Origin: Minisyncoccota bacterium
GTDB taxonomy: Bacteria > Patescibacteriota > Minisyncoccia > Phycocordibacterales > UBA2100
NCBI GenBank assembly: GCA_031291875.1
Contig: JARLIE010000040.1
Coordinates: forward strand, 3,011-67,010
Length of the DNA stretch: 64,000 bases
Direction of reading: 5' to 3'
Part shown: positions 27,760-37,416 of the stretch, in pieces
Layout of the letters: each line of letters starts with the position of its first letter
Position numbering within the stretch: the stretch's first letter is position 1
Translations under genes and position numbers: made by a program
Notes under the pieces: generated by a model
Told to the model about the DNA's origin: nothing
Database searches by the model: none
Seen by the model: only the letters and a program-made list of their open reading frames with translations

Positions 27760-28671
27760 ATGAATTGGGTACAGATGCACCCCTACAGCGCTACACTTTT
27801 GCTGGTTCTGCTCTTACTACTTGGAGGCGCTGGCTTAGTAACGAGTCGCGCTCCAGTGAACCCGACCGCGCAAAGCCTGGAAACGTGGGGAGGTGGCGCA
27901 TTGACTCCCAGCTATCAGGCCGTAGCGTCTGCGCAATCGCCCCAACAGATTGTTCAGGCTGTCGTACAAAACCAAGGGCCATCGACCCTTTCATTGCCAC
28001 CGCTTGCCACCTCAAGCCCAACTACTACACAATCGACTTCTCCTGGTTCCTTCGATTACATTGCATTTTTGGCTCAGTTAAGCGGTAATACCACTGTTTC
28101 CGCTTCGAGCTCTAAAGGAGAAACCGCTGCGCAGGCTACGGCTTTGGCATACCAATACATTCCGACCGGGCTGGTCGCGACTACCGCTGTAGCAAAAAAA
28201 CCAATGACGGCGGCTCAGCAAACACTGCACGATTATGGAAACGAGGTTGGCGGCGAGATTCAAGGGTTTGAAAACCTTCACACAAATGAAGCACAGATAC
28301 TGAAAGACCAGGCCGAAGATCGTACGAATACGGCAAAGGCGGCAGCTGTGGCAGCCCTCGGACAAGGTTTCATCGGGGTTGGAACCTATCTACAGCAAAT
28401 GCAGGATGTGCCGAGCGTTGCCACTTCGCTCCATAGCGCGCTTGCAAAGAGCTATCTCGACATAGGCACGAAGCTTCAGGCAGTAGCGCAAGCCCAGAGC
28501 GATGGCGCATTTATACAGGCGATCGAAAACTACGACACGTCTGCGAACACTTTCGTACACAACTATGGAGCCCTAGCGCAATTCTTTTCTGAACAAGGGG
28601 TGACGTTTTCGCCGCAAGATCCGGGTAGTATTTTTTCTTTCACTCAAACGAGTGGGGCGGGAGCGCTTTAA
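27760..28671 (+). CDS. Secreted hypothetical protein (first gene of T4SS-like block)
   Basis: Signal peptide (MNWVQMHPYSATLLLVLLLLLGGAGLVTSRA). Mature part is Ala/Gln/Thr-rich with predicted helices. Confidence 0.55.
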   Translation: MNWVQMHPYSATLLLVLLLLLGGAGLVTSRAPVNPTAQSLETWGGGALTPSYQAVASAQSPQQIVQAVVQNQGPSTLSLPPLATSSPTTTQSTSPGSFDYIAFLAQLSGNTTVSASSSKGETAAQATALAYQYIPTGLVATTAVAKKPMTAAQQTLHDYGNEVGGEIQGFENLHTNEAQILKDQAEDRTNTAKAAAVAALGQGFIGVGTYLQQMQDVPSVATSLHSALAKSYLDIGTKLQAVAQAQSDGAFIQAIENYDTSANTFVHNYGALAQFFSEQGVTFSPQDPGSIFSFTQTSGAGAL

Positions 28672-28720
28672 TCCTGCGTGATATCCCAAAAACCCTTACA
28701 TTTCCTCGTTCTTCGGTTTT

Positions 28721-29539
28721 TTGCAGTGCTATACTTTACATGTGGAAAACCCGCTCGGCAGGGACGTTTCGCATATCAAAACGACCGCAGTTCTTGCGGT
28801 ATCCATTCTCGTCGGCGTTTTTCTCTGGCAAGCCACGCAATCATTAAACGGAAAGCCTGCTTCTAGCTCAAATGAGGCGCTTGTCGCAGCCGATCAAAAC
28901 ACAAACGGGGCGCAAAACACCACGGTTCCGACAATCACTACGTCATCGGCAACGAACACTGATCCGATCACCGCTGTTTCCGATGAAGCTGTTGGCGAAT
29001 TAGTCGGCGCGTATGCTGGCTTACAGCAGCAGGGCTCATACAGCTCAACCACAGGAGCCGCAATCGCGAGTTCGATCGGCATGGGCCTGCAAGTGCCAAC
29101 TACTTATTCGCCAATTAGCGCGACCGCTATAAAAACGAGCTCTGACACCTCTTATCAAGCCATGATGCAATATCGAAGCAACTTGCAAACGACGCTCAAG
29201 CCACTCTTAAAAAATACAACTCCTGAATACGTGCTCTTCGGCATGTACGTGCAAACAAAACAGCAAAAGTACTTGGATCAACTACTGGCGGCCGCAGGAA
29301 ATTACGCCGCAGCCGCATCTTCGACGCTCACTCTTACCGTTCCCGCAGACGCGGTGCAGGTCCAACTTGGCTTGGTGAACTCGATGAATGAATTCGCTAC
29401 AACTCTGAACAACATGACAGCGCACGCGAGTGATCCGATCGCCTCAAGCGTGCTACTTGAAAACTACAACAATGCGGAAAACGATGTATTGGGCGCGTTC
29501 CAAGCGCTCGTCACCTATGAACAAAGCAAAACGAAATAA
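28721..29539 (+). CDS. Membrane-anchored/secreted hypothetical protein
   Basis: N-terminal TM (TAVLAVSILVGVFLW), then Ser/Thr/Ala/Gln-rich. Start is TTG 28721 or GTG 28742. Confidence 0.5.
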   Translation: MQCYTLHVENPLGRDVSHIKTTAVLAVSILVGVFLWQATQSLNGKPASSSNEALVAADQNTNGAQNTTVPTITTSSATNTDPITAVSDEAVGELVGAYAGLQQQGSYSSTTGAAIASSIGMGLQVPTTYSPISATAIKTSSDTSYQAMMQYRSNLQTTLKPLLKNTTPEYVLFGMYVQTKQQKYLDQLLAAAGNYAAAASSTLTLTVPADAVQVQLGLVNSMNEFATTLNNMTAHASDPIASSVLLENYNNAENDVLGAFQALVTYEQSKTK

Positions 29540-31217
29540 TATATTTTTGTTGGCGCTTTTTGTCGCGCTTCTCCCTGCTATTTCTTTTGCCGATTCGAAT
29601 CAAACGGTAGCCGTACCGCAGGGGTTCTCTGGCATTTTCACTTGCAACCAAAACGGCGCGAACGCACTGTCCGTCGGAGCGCTCGGCGCAACCGGGGGAG
29701 TATATGTGCCGGTCGCCGACGCAACGGTAGAACTCAATACGGGAACCATCGTCTACAAAGAATGTATTTTGCGGGAGGTTGTGGACGCTGAACGCGAATC
29801 CGGAACTGCCGGTTTAGTACAAGTCGGAACGAACAATATTTTGACGGGCCGAAATGGCTCCCCATATTTCGTGAAGCAACAAGGCCCCGAAACCGTACAG
29901 GTGAGCACGAACGCCATCCAATCAATTGTACAAAACGGATTGTCCGCACTCGATCCCAATATCCAACAGCAGGTCAAAAGCGCAATCGCACAGGGATACG
30001 CCAAAGCGACCTATAATGCGCCGAGCGCACTAACGTGTCCGTATGCAGGCGCAACAAGTGCGTTTAGCAATCCAAACGCACAATTTTCTTGGAACAATAT
30101 ATTAGCCGTTGCCTCGCCATGTAATCCGATCGTCGGTTACATCGACGCCAACAATCTTGCGAACGCATATGCGGCACAGGAACAAAACTGTCTGCAAAAT
30201 ATCTTGCAGTGGGGCGGCGGTTTCTACGCGGTCACAACCGGCAGCGGTGGACCTTGCGAGCAACAAATCGTTACGCCCTCTTACAATGTCGCAAATTCTT
30301 ATTCGACGCTCCTGAACAGCGGCTTCAACCAGCTACAAAGCGCCAACGATATCGGACAAATGGTCGGTGCTCTTTTTGCGGGGATCGACACACAGGTTCT
30401 CTCAGGAACCGGCGGCGGCATCAGCGGACTCTCGCAGCCGGTTGGAAGCTCGCCTTCGTATTTGCAAAACGTCGTCAATCAGGAAAATCAAAACTTGCAA
30501 ACCCAAATCGCAAATACCGCACTCGTAAACCTGCAGGCCTCACTTCAAACGGAGCAGGCCTACTACAACATCATGAGCTCGATCGCCGGCACACTTGAAG
30601 GCACGATCTCCTCATTGAGGAGTTCAGAAAATCAATGCTGGACGCAGGTAGTACAAGCGGTTTGCTCGGGACCGGTTGCAGCCAATGGAACGTGCACCGA
30701 GAAGGCGGGGCAGTGCACCGACAACGCTGATGGAACCCAAACTTGCCCGACGGGTGCCACTCTTCACGTTGCAACATCGACGGCGTTTTCTCAGGCGGTC
30801 GTCAATTCGCAAATTTCATCACTCGCCTCAACTACGGCGAACAATTTGCAAATCTCCCAGCAAGCGCTCGGCTTAATCAACCAACTGATTCAAAATGTTT
30901 CGGGCAGTTCCGCTGATGCGCAGGCGCTCGCCATCACACAGCTCAACACCTTGATCAGCAACAACGAATTGCACACCCCGGCTGACATCACTACCGCTCA
31001 AAGCCAGCAACAAGCGGTTCAGAACGCTATGCAAACACTCGCTCAAAATACCCCGAGTCTTTGGGCAGGAACCGATCCTAACAACAGCTCAAGTACGAAT
31101 ATCCCATGGAACGGCAGTACGGGAGCAACCATTACCGCGACTGACCCAGGCGTCGGTTGGTGCAATTTCAAGAACCAAACCACGCTGCAAGCGTGGATTA
31201 AGAACTGGGGAGGATGA
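29517..31217 (+). CDS. Large secreted hypothetical protein (Asn/Gln/Ala/Gly-rich)
   Basis: 566 aa with a signal peptide (MNKAKRNNIFLLALFVALLPAISFA). ATG at 29517 overlaps the previous gene by 23 nt. Several Cys residues. Confidence 0.6.
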   Translation: MNKAKRNNIFLLALFVALLPAISFADSNQTVAVPQGFSGIFTCNQNGANALSVGALGATGGVYVPVADATVELNTGTIVYKECILREVVDAERESGTAGLVQVGTNNILTGRNGSPYFVKQQGPETVQVSTNAIQSIVQNGLSALDPNIQQQVKSAIAQGYAKATYNAPSALTCPYAGATSAFSNPNAQFSWNNILAVASPCNPIVGYIDANNLANAYAAQEQNCLQNILQWGGGFYAVTTGSGGPCEQQIVTPSYNVANSYSTLLNSGFNQLQSANDIGQMVGALFAGIDTQVLSGTGGGISGLSQPVGSSPSYLQNVVNQENQNLQTQIANTALVNLQASLQTEQAYYNIMSSIAGTLEGTISSLRSSENQCWTQVVQAVCSGPVAANGTCTEKAGQCTDNADGTQTCPTGATLHVATSTAFSQAVVNSQISSLASTTANNLQISQQALGLINQLIQNVSGSSADAQALAITQLNTLISNNELHTPADITTAQSQQQAVQNAMQTLAQNTPSLWAGTDPNNSSSTNIPWNGSTGATITATDPGVGWCNFKNQTTLQAWIKNWGG

Positions 31218-31218
31218 T

Positions 31219-33552
31219 ATGAACTACGCGACTACCTATAAAAAAATAGTTCTCGGCTTTACGCTCTTCTTGGTTTTCGCAGGTATTTCATTTTATTCTC
31301 CGGCTATCGCGCGCGCGGACTCCACCAATCCGTGCGGACCTTCGTACACAGTTACCGGCCCTGACGCCAATCAGGACTACACATGTACGCAAGGCAACAG
31401 CTCGATCGTTGTAAATGCGTCAGGACAACCGGTCAGCGGTGGAACCTCGGCGGGAGCTAGCGTGAACGCAAACAGTCAATCGACATCCGTCAACACGGCC
31501 TGTAGCGGTCTATATGCGTTTTTTTACGATCCAGTAACCTGTGTCGGCAGAAGCGCCGCCACCTTTTTGGGAACAGCGCTGATCTGGATATCTTCTTGGA
31601 TACTCACGATTGCCGGCCTCCTCTTTAACTGGGTGATCACGAACACGATTCTACAATTCGGAAACGTCGTTAGCTCAAGCGTACTCACCGCGATCAATCT
31701 CGCGTGGAGCGTCTTCCGTGACATCTCCAACATCGTTATCATCGGCATGTTTACATTCATCGCCATCATGACCATTTTAGGCAGTACCGATTATGGCGCG
31801 AAGAAAATGATCTCTCGCGTACTCATTGTTGCAGTGCTGATCAATTTCAGCTTACTTTTCACCAAAATAATCATCGACGCATCCAACTTCACGGCGATCC
31901 AATTCCTTAATGCAGCTGCGAGCAATACAGCGTGCACAGGCTGCACCCAACTTAATCAAACTTCTCCTTCGGGCGATTCTGGTTCAACGGGGCAAACCGC
32001 GGGTATCGCGGGCGCCTTTATGCAATACGCCGGAGCAAACTCACTCGGCGATACCTACGGCGCACTCACTGCCGTAGCCAATGATCCTCAAAATGGGGGA
32101 TGGTATGCCCTCATTTACGGCGTTCTTATAAGCATCCTTGAAATCGTGGCAGCGCTGGTACTTTTTTATGGTGCCTTCATGCTTATCGCCCGGGCTATTT
32201 TGATGATCTTCTTAATGATCACCTCATCGATCGCTTTTGCGAGCTACTTGGTGCCCTCACTTTCCAATAGTTACGGGTGGAGTGCGTGGTGGAGCACCTT
32301 ATTTCGAAACGCTTTGTTCGCACCATTTCTCGCCATTTTGCTGTGGGTGACATTGACCGTCGCTCAAGCCTACAATGGTGCAGCAGGCGGGAGTCTCGGA
32401 CAGCTCGTGACCAATCCGACAGGATCGTCGTTAAATGTTGCCGCTCTCTTTGGGTACGTGCTGGTCATTGGTCTACTCTTCCTTTCTATCCGAATCGCAT
32501 CGAGTTTCTCGACACATGTAGGAGGCTTAGGTGTCGGTCAGGATATTTGGTCGCGATTCGCTGAAAATGCTTCGAAGACTGGTTCGGGAGTTTGGAGCAC
32601 AATCAGACCAAGACCGCTCGCGCAATGGGCGTCTAATAGGCAACAATCGAGTGCGGCCGAAGCCAATGAGGCGCGATTAAATGCCGCAAAAGCTCGCTCT
32701 AGCGGTAATTTTAATGACGCTCTGAAGTTCGATAAGCTTGCCGCGCAGAAATCGCGCACTGCGAATCGCTTGGGCAATTTGGCTACAGCTTCAACGGTCC
32801 TGGGCGCGCCGAAGAAGGTCGCGAGCCAGGAGGCGCAAAAGGCCTTACCGCGAGAAGAAGCGAGAAAGGAAGTTGCCTCAGCGGATGATATTCGTAAGTT
32901 GGTGGACGATTCGAGCAAGAACATGCAAGCGCTTACGGCGCAGATCGAGAAAGAAGTTCGAAGCAATGAATCGCTACAGGAGGAGCACACGAAAAACATG
33001 GAAGAAGCCACCAGGACGGCGTCGGAACAAAACGCGAAAGCCTTGAAGCCTATCGAGGAGCGAATCAAGAAACTCAACGATGATATGTCACGAGGAGGTA
33101 TCGACGACTCTCACAAACAAGAGCTCCAGAAACAACTTCTTGAATCCGAAGAATCTCGCAAGAGCGAGTTGCGACACCAAGACGAGCGTCTCAAACGCGC
33201 GCACCAAACCGCCATGTTAAAAACCGCAGGTAGCGACCTGGCAAGTAAAGAACTCAAAGAGGTGGCCGAGAGATTCAAGCAAGAACAAGAACAGGGCGAC
33301 AATGTATCCTTAACTATTCAAAAAACGCAGGAGGTTTCGAGTAAAACGCCGGGTCTTCCGCCGTCAGTCTCAATCCGCTCTGGTGGCTCCGGCCAGTCTA
33401 CGTCGAGCGGACCGCCGCGTCTCTCTCCGCCTTTGGCAGCTAACGACGATGTCGCAAAGACTCTCCGCTCGCCCGGAACGAGCATTCGCAAGATGATTAG
33501 CGGCCCGAATCCCAATGAGCAACGCAATCCAGAGGGTGGTTTGACTCACTAA
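31219..33552 (+). CDS. VirB6/TrbL-like polytopic membrane protein with long charged C-terminal tail
   Basis: 777 aa: signal peptide, about 6-7 predicted TM helices between about aa 105-420, then about 360 aa of Lys/Glu/Arg-rich predicted coiled coil. Its position in a VirB4-containing operon supports the VirB6-like call. Confidence 0.55.
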   Translation: MNYATTYKKIVLGFTLFLVFAGISFYSPAIARADSTNPCGPSYTVTGPDANQDYTCTQGNSSIVVNASGQPVSGGTSAGASVNANSQSTSVNTACSGLYAFFYDPVTCVGRSAATFLGTALIWISSWILTIAGLLFNWVITNTILQFGNVVSSSVLTAINLAWSVFRDISNIVIIGMFTFIAIMTILGSTDYGAKKMISRVLIVAVLINFSLLFTKIIIDASNFTAIQFLNAAASNTACTGCTQLNQTSPSGDSGSTGQTAGIAGAFMQYAGANSLGDTYGALTAVANDPQNGGWYALIYGVLISILEIVAALVLFYGAFMLIARAILMIFLMITSSIAFASYLVPSLSNSYGWSAWWSTLFRNALFAPFLAILLWVTLTVAQAYNGAAGGSLGQLVTNPTGSSLNVAALFGYVLVIGLLFLSIRIASSFSTHVGGLGVGQDIWSRFAENASKTGSGVWSTIRPRPLAQWASNRQQSSAAEANEARLNAAKARSSGNFNDALKFDKLAAQKSRTANRLGNLATASTVLGAPKKVASQEAQKALPREEARKEVASADDIRKLVDDSSKNMQALTAQIEKEVRSNESLQEEHTKNMEEATRTASEQNAKALKPIEERIKKLNDDMSRGGIDDSHKQELQKQLLESEESRKSELRHQDERLKRAHQTAMLKTAGSDLASKELKEVAERFKQEQEQGDNVSLTIQKTQEVSSKTPGLPPSVSIRSGGSGQSTSSGPPRLSPPLAANDDVAKTLRSPGTSIRKMISGPNPNEQRNPEGGLTH

Positions 33553-33554
33553 GT

Positions 33555-34097
33555 ATGACGGACCAAAACCTAGAACAACAGCTGAAAGAGCGCTTCGCGC
33601 AACTTCCGAAGGTTGTTCAAGAAGCCATAACGTCAGCCGACGTCCAAAAGCGCATGCGTGCGTTGGCCGATACGCAAAAATTGCATCTCGATCAGTGGGA
33701 AGCACTCGAAAACGAGGTGATGCTAGCGCTCCTTGGTTTCCAGCCGGTTCAAGATCTGCAGATAAATATTCAAAAGCAGGTCGGCGTAAGCGAAGATAGT
33801 GCCAAAGCGCTCGCGAGCGAGGTATCTAAAATTGTATTCGAGCCGATCAGGGGAGAGTTGGAGCGTCAGTTACAGCACCCGGACGCTAAAGCAGAAGCTT
33901 TGAGCGGCGTTGAGGAGGCCGGAAAACAAGCACTGCAGACAGAAAAGGCCCCAGCTGTTGCCCCGGCAACACCACCTGCAGCTCCGACGGAAGAAAAGGC
34001 AACTCGAGCACCTGTTTCTGAAAGTTACAAAGTTGGTCAACTTTCTACCGAGCGCAAAGAGGTACATGAAGATCCTTATCGCGAACCCCCAGTTTGA
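33555..34097 (+). CDS. Hypothetical acidic cytoplasmic protein (T4SS block)
   Basis: 180 aa with no TM. Tightly packed, with only a 2-nt gap to the upstream gene. Confidence 0.5.
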   Translation: MTDQNLEQQLKERFAQLPKVVQEAITSADVQKRMRALADTQKLHLDQWEALENEVMLALLGFQPVQDLQINIQKQVGVSEDSAKALASEVSKIVFEPIRGELERQLQHPDAKAEALSGVEEAGKQALQTEKAPAVAPATPPAAPTEEKATRAPVSESYKVGQLSTERKEVHEDPYREPPV

Positions 34098-34152
34098 TAC
34101 AGCTACGCCCCGCATTGCGGGGCGTAGCTTTTCGTACTGATATAATAGATGA

Positions 34153-34638
34153 ATGCAGTTTCAGGTTCCTCAATTCATTGAAGTCGAGGACAAGATCTTC
34201 GGTCCGCTCACGTTCAAACAATTTGTGTATCTTATCGGCGGAGCCGGAGCTTCTTACATTGCCTGGAGGCTTTTGCCGCTTTTCATCGCAGGCCCAATCA
34301 TTCTCGCGATTGCCGGCGGCGCGGCTTCTCTCGCGTTTCTTGAGTACAACGGTCGACCATTCATAATTTCGGTAGAGAATGCCTTCTATTTTTTGGTTCA
34401 CCCGAAACTCTATCTATGGAACAATGAGCGCAGGGCCAGAAAGCCCGTAGAACAGAAGACCCAAGACCTTGCAAAAGGGGCAGTCTATATTCCTAAGCTT
34501 TCTGATAGCAGATTGCACGAGCTTTCGTGGTCACTCGACATCAATGAGCGTGTCGCCGCCGGCATTAACGAAGACGAGGAGCGCGTTGGCGGCGTCGTCG
34601 CGCCCGTGAGAACCGCGAGAGAAGCGCTTGTTCGTTAA
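34153..34638 (+). CDS. PrgI/VirB3-like small membrane protein
   Basis: IEVEDKIFGPLTFKQFVYLIGGAGASYIAW followed by a second TM helix. This resembles the PrgI-family (Gram-positive VirB3 analog) N-terminal motif, and it sits immediately upstream of VirB4. Confidence 0.55.
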   Translation: MQFQVPQFIEVEDKIFGPLTFKQFVYLIGGAGASYIAWRLLPLFIAGPIILAIAGGAASLAFLEYNGRPFIISVENAFYFLVHPKLYLWNNERRARKPVEQKTQDLAKGAVYIPKLSDSRLHELSWSLDINERVAAGINEDEERVGGVVAPVRTAREALVR

Positions 34639-34644
34639 CACTCT

Positions 34645-35304
34645 ATGCCTACTTCTTCCTCAAATTCTTCGAACACGCGATCAACCCAAGATTTTGTCCC
34701 TGTAGCGGAGGTACGCGACGGCATCATCGTACTTAAGGATGGTTCGCTCCGCGCGGTGCTTCTCGCTTCTTCAATCAACTTCGCGCTCAAATCCGAAGAC
34801 GAGCAAACAGCATTTATCGTACAGTTCCAAAACTTCCTCAATTCGCTCGACTTTTCCGTACAGATATTCGTTCAGTCTCGTATGCTCGATATTCGTCCCT
34901 ACATCGCCACACTTGAGGCGCAATTTAAACAGCAGCTCGACGATCTCATGCGCATCCAGATTCGCGAATACATCGAGTTCATCAAAAGTTTCACCGAAGC
35001 GGCTAACATTATGACGAAGAACTTCTTCGTAGTCGTTCCGTACTCTTCGGTTTCGGTGAGTACAAGCAAGATCTCCGGCATTCTTCCGTTTGGTTCCAAA
35101 AAAACAGATCAAGCGGCGGCGAATAAATCATTCGAAGAGCAGGTGACGCAGCTCGAACAGCGCATCTCTATCGTGCAGCAGGGGTTGGTACGAACCGGCG
35201 TTCGAACCGTCCAACTCGGCACCGAGGAGGCAATCGAGTTACTCTATAAGATGTTTAACCCCGGCGAAGAAGGGAAGCCGATGGTTTTGCAGCAAGATCA
35301 ATAA
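34645..35304 (+). CDS. VirB4 N-terminal segment (CagE/TrbE/VirB4-like), ends at an in-frame TAA
   Basis: DGIIVLKDGSLRAVLLASSINFALKSEDEQTAFIVQFQNFLNSLDFSVQIFVQSRMLD matches the conserved start of the VirB4 N-terminal domain. It is in the same frame as the next ORF, separated by TAA plus one codon. Confidence 0.6.
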   Translation: MPTSSSNSSNTRSTQDFVPVAEVRDGIIVLKDGSLRAVLLASSINFALKSEDEQTAFIVQFQNFLNSLDFSVQIFVQSRMLDIRPYIATLEAQFKQQLDDLMRIQIREYIEFIKSFTEAANIMTKNFFVVVPYSSVSVSTSKISGILPFGSKKTDQAAANKSFEEQVTQLEQRISIVQQGLVRTGVRTVQLGTEEAIELLYKMFNPGEEGKPMVLQQDQ

Positions 35305-35307
35305 TCT

Positions 35308-37416
35308 ATGGCACTTACAGATTACCTGCCGTTTGGAAAAAAGAAGGACTCCTCCCCGGATGTGCTTCCTGTTTTGCCCGCTGAAATCTACCAAACGGGC
35401 GTACTCGACCTGCAAGATGTTATCGCCCCGCACGCGCTCAAGGTCTCGCCGAAAGAAATCGATCTCGGAGAGAAAATCGCCCGTACCTTCTTCGTGATTT
35501 CGTATCCACGATTCCTAACGACGGGATGGTTCGCGCCAATCATCAACATGGACAAGGTGTTGGATATTTCCATTTTCATTCACCCGATGGATACCAATGA
35601 AATGCTTCGCAAATTCCAAAAGAAGGTGGCGGAGGTACAATCGCAAATCGCGACGCGCGAAGAGAAGGGGATGGTGCGTGATCCGATGCTCGACACCGCC
35701 TATTCCGACCTGGAACAGCTTCGTGATTCACTCCAGCAGGCACAGGAACGCATCTTCGAAGTGGGGCTGTACCTCACCATTTATGGCTCTACACGTGAAG
35801 AAATCGACAAGGTCGAATCGGAGGTACGCTCGGTGCTCGAATCCCGTCTCGTCTATATTCGTCCGGCGCTTTTCCAACAAGAGGGCGGCTTCCGTTCAGT
35901 CTTACCGCTTGCAACGGACGAGCTTGGCGTACATACCAAGCTTAATTCCGCACCGCTTTCCTCGATATTTCCGTTCATCTCCTTCGACCTTACCTCGGAT
36001 CGAGGCATTTTGTATGGCATCAACCGCCACAATTCCTCACTAATCCTCTTCGATCGTTTCTCGCTCGAAAACTACAACTCAGTAACGTTCGCCAAGTCCG
36101 GTTCCGGCAAATCATACACAACCAAACTTGAGATTTTGCGTTCGCTTATGTTCGATACCGAGGTCATCGTTATCGACCCTGAGCGCGAATATGAATATCT
36201 GGCCGAAACGGTTGGCGGTCGCTATTTCAATATTTCTCTTTCATCCGAGCACCACATCAATCCGTTCGATCTTCCGATCCCTCGCGAAGACGAAGCCCCG
36301 TCAGATGTATTGCGCAACAACATCATTACCTTGGTAGGTCTTTTCCGCATCATGCTCGGCGGATTAACTCCAGAAGAAGACGCCATTATCGACAAGGCAA
36401 TCACTGAAACCTACGCGCTTAAGGACATCACCCCGGACGCAAATTTCGCACAGGTCGAGCCTCCGCTTCTTTCCGACTTTGAACTCGTACTCTCGGGCAT
36501 GGAGGGAAGCGAATCGCTCGTGCAGCGTCTGAGTAAATACACCAAAGGAACCTGGTCCGGCTTTATGAACCGTCCGACCAATGTCGACATGAACAAAAAG
36601 CTTGTCGTCTTTTCGGTGCGCGACATGGAAGACGACCTCAAACCGGTCGCTATGTATATTATTACGCACCACATTTGGAACACGGTCCGTAAAGAACTTC
36701 GCAAGCGCCTGTTGGTTATCGATGAGGCGTGGTGGATGATGCGCTCAGAAGACACAGCGTCGTTCCTTTTCGGTATCGCGAAACGTGGTCGTAAGTACTA
36801 TCTCGGTATCTCCACCATTACACAGGACGTTTCCGACTTTTTGAATTCTCCTTATGGCGTGCCGATGATCACCAACTCCTCGATCCAGATTTTGCTGCGT
36901 CAATCGCCGACGTCCGTCGACCTTGTGCAGCAAACATTTAAACTTTCGGATGAAGAAAAATATCTCCTGCTTGAATCCGACGTAGGGGAGGGCATCTTCT
37001 TCGCAGGACTCAAACACGTCGCAATCAAGGTTATTGCCTCGTATACCGAAGACCAAATTATCACCTCCGACCCCTCGCAAATTCTTGCCATTAAAAAAGC
37101 GAAACAGGATCTCGAGCTCTCCAACGAACCTCCTGCCGAAAATGCTGCGCAATCACTAGCTGCACAAGCGCCAGTCGTGGCAAGCGTCCCGCCTGAGGTG
37201 CCTGCAATCACCGGGAACGCTAGTGCCCAAGTTCCTCCACCCGTCCAACCTGCCCCCGCGCCCGTGCCGCCTCCCGTGACACCGGTGGTGTCAGCTGCGA
37301 TTACCGCGCCTGCTGCACCGCTTCCACAAGCCGCGCCAGCCCCTGTTGCCGCGCCTATTCCAGCACCCGCCCCAGCACCGACTCCTGCGGCCGCTCCTGA
37401 GGCGCTGGGTGTATGA
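35308..37416 (+). CDS. VirB4/TraC/TrbE-family type IV secretion ATPase (main part)
   Basis: Walker A (FAKSGSGKSYT) and a VirB4-type Walker B (RLLVIDEAWWMM). Also has the ISYPRFLTTGWFAPII mid-domain motif. A Pro/Ala-rich C-terminal tail spans about 37100 to 37416. Confidence 0.9.
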   Translation: MALTDYLPFGKKKDSSPDVLPVLPAEIYQTGVLDLQDVIAPHALKVSPKEIDLGEKIARTFFVISYPRFLTTGWFAPIINMDKVLDISIFIHPMDTNEMLRKFQKKVAEVQSQIATREEKGMVRDPMLDTAYSDLEQLRDSLQQAQERIFEVGLYLTIYGSTREEIDKVESEVRSVLESRLVYIRPALFQQEGGFRSVLPLATDELGVHTKLNSAPLSSIFPFISFDLTSDRGILYGINRHNSSLILFDRFSLENYNSVTFAKSGSGKSYTTKLEILRSLMFDTEVIVIDPEREYEYLAETVGGRYFNISLSSEHHINPFDLPIPREDEAPSDVLRNNIITLVGLFRIMLGGLTPEEDAIIDKAITETYALKDITPDANFAQVEPPLLSDFELVLSGMEGSESLVQRLSKYTKGTWSGFMNRPTNVDMNKKLVVFSVRDMEDDLKPVAMYIITHHIWNTVRKELRKRLLVIDEAWWMMRSEDTASFLFGIAKRGRKYYLGISTITQDVSDFLNSPYGVPMITNSSIQILLRQSPTSVDLVQQTFKLSDEEKYLLLESDVGEGIFFAGLKHVAIKVIASYTEDQIITSDPSQILAIKKAKQDLELSNEPPAENAAQSLAAQAPVVASVPPEVPAITGNASAQVPPPVQPAPAPVPPPVTPVVSAAITAPAAPLPQAAPAPVAAPIPAPAPAPTPAAAPEALGV

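Noticed and set aside
32538-33077. 179-aa minus-strand ORF
   Set aside because: Antisense to the charged tail of the VirB6-like gene. It is a shadow ORF.
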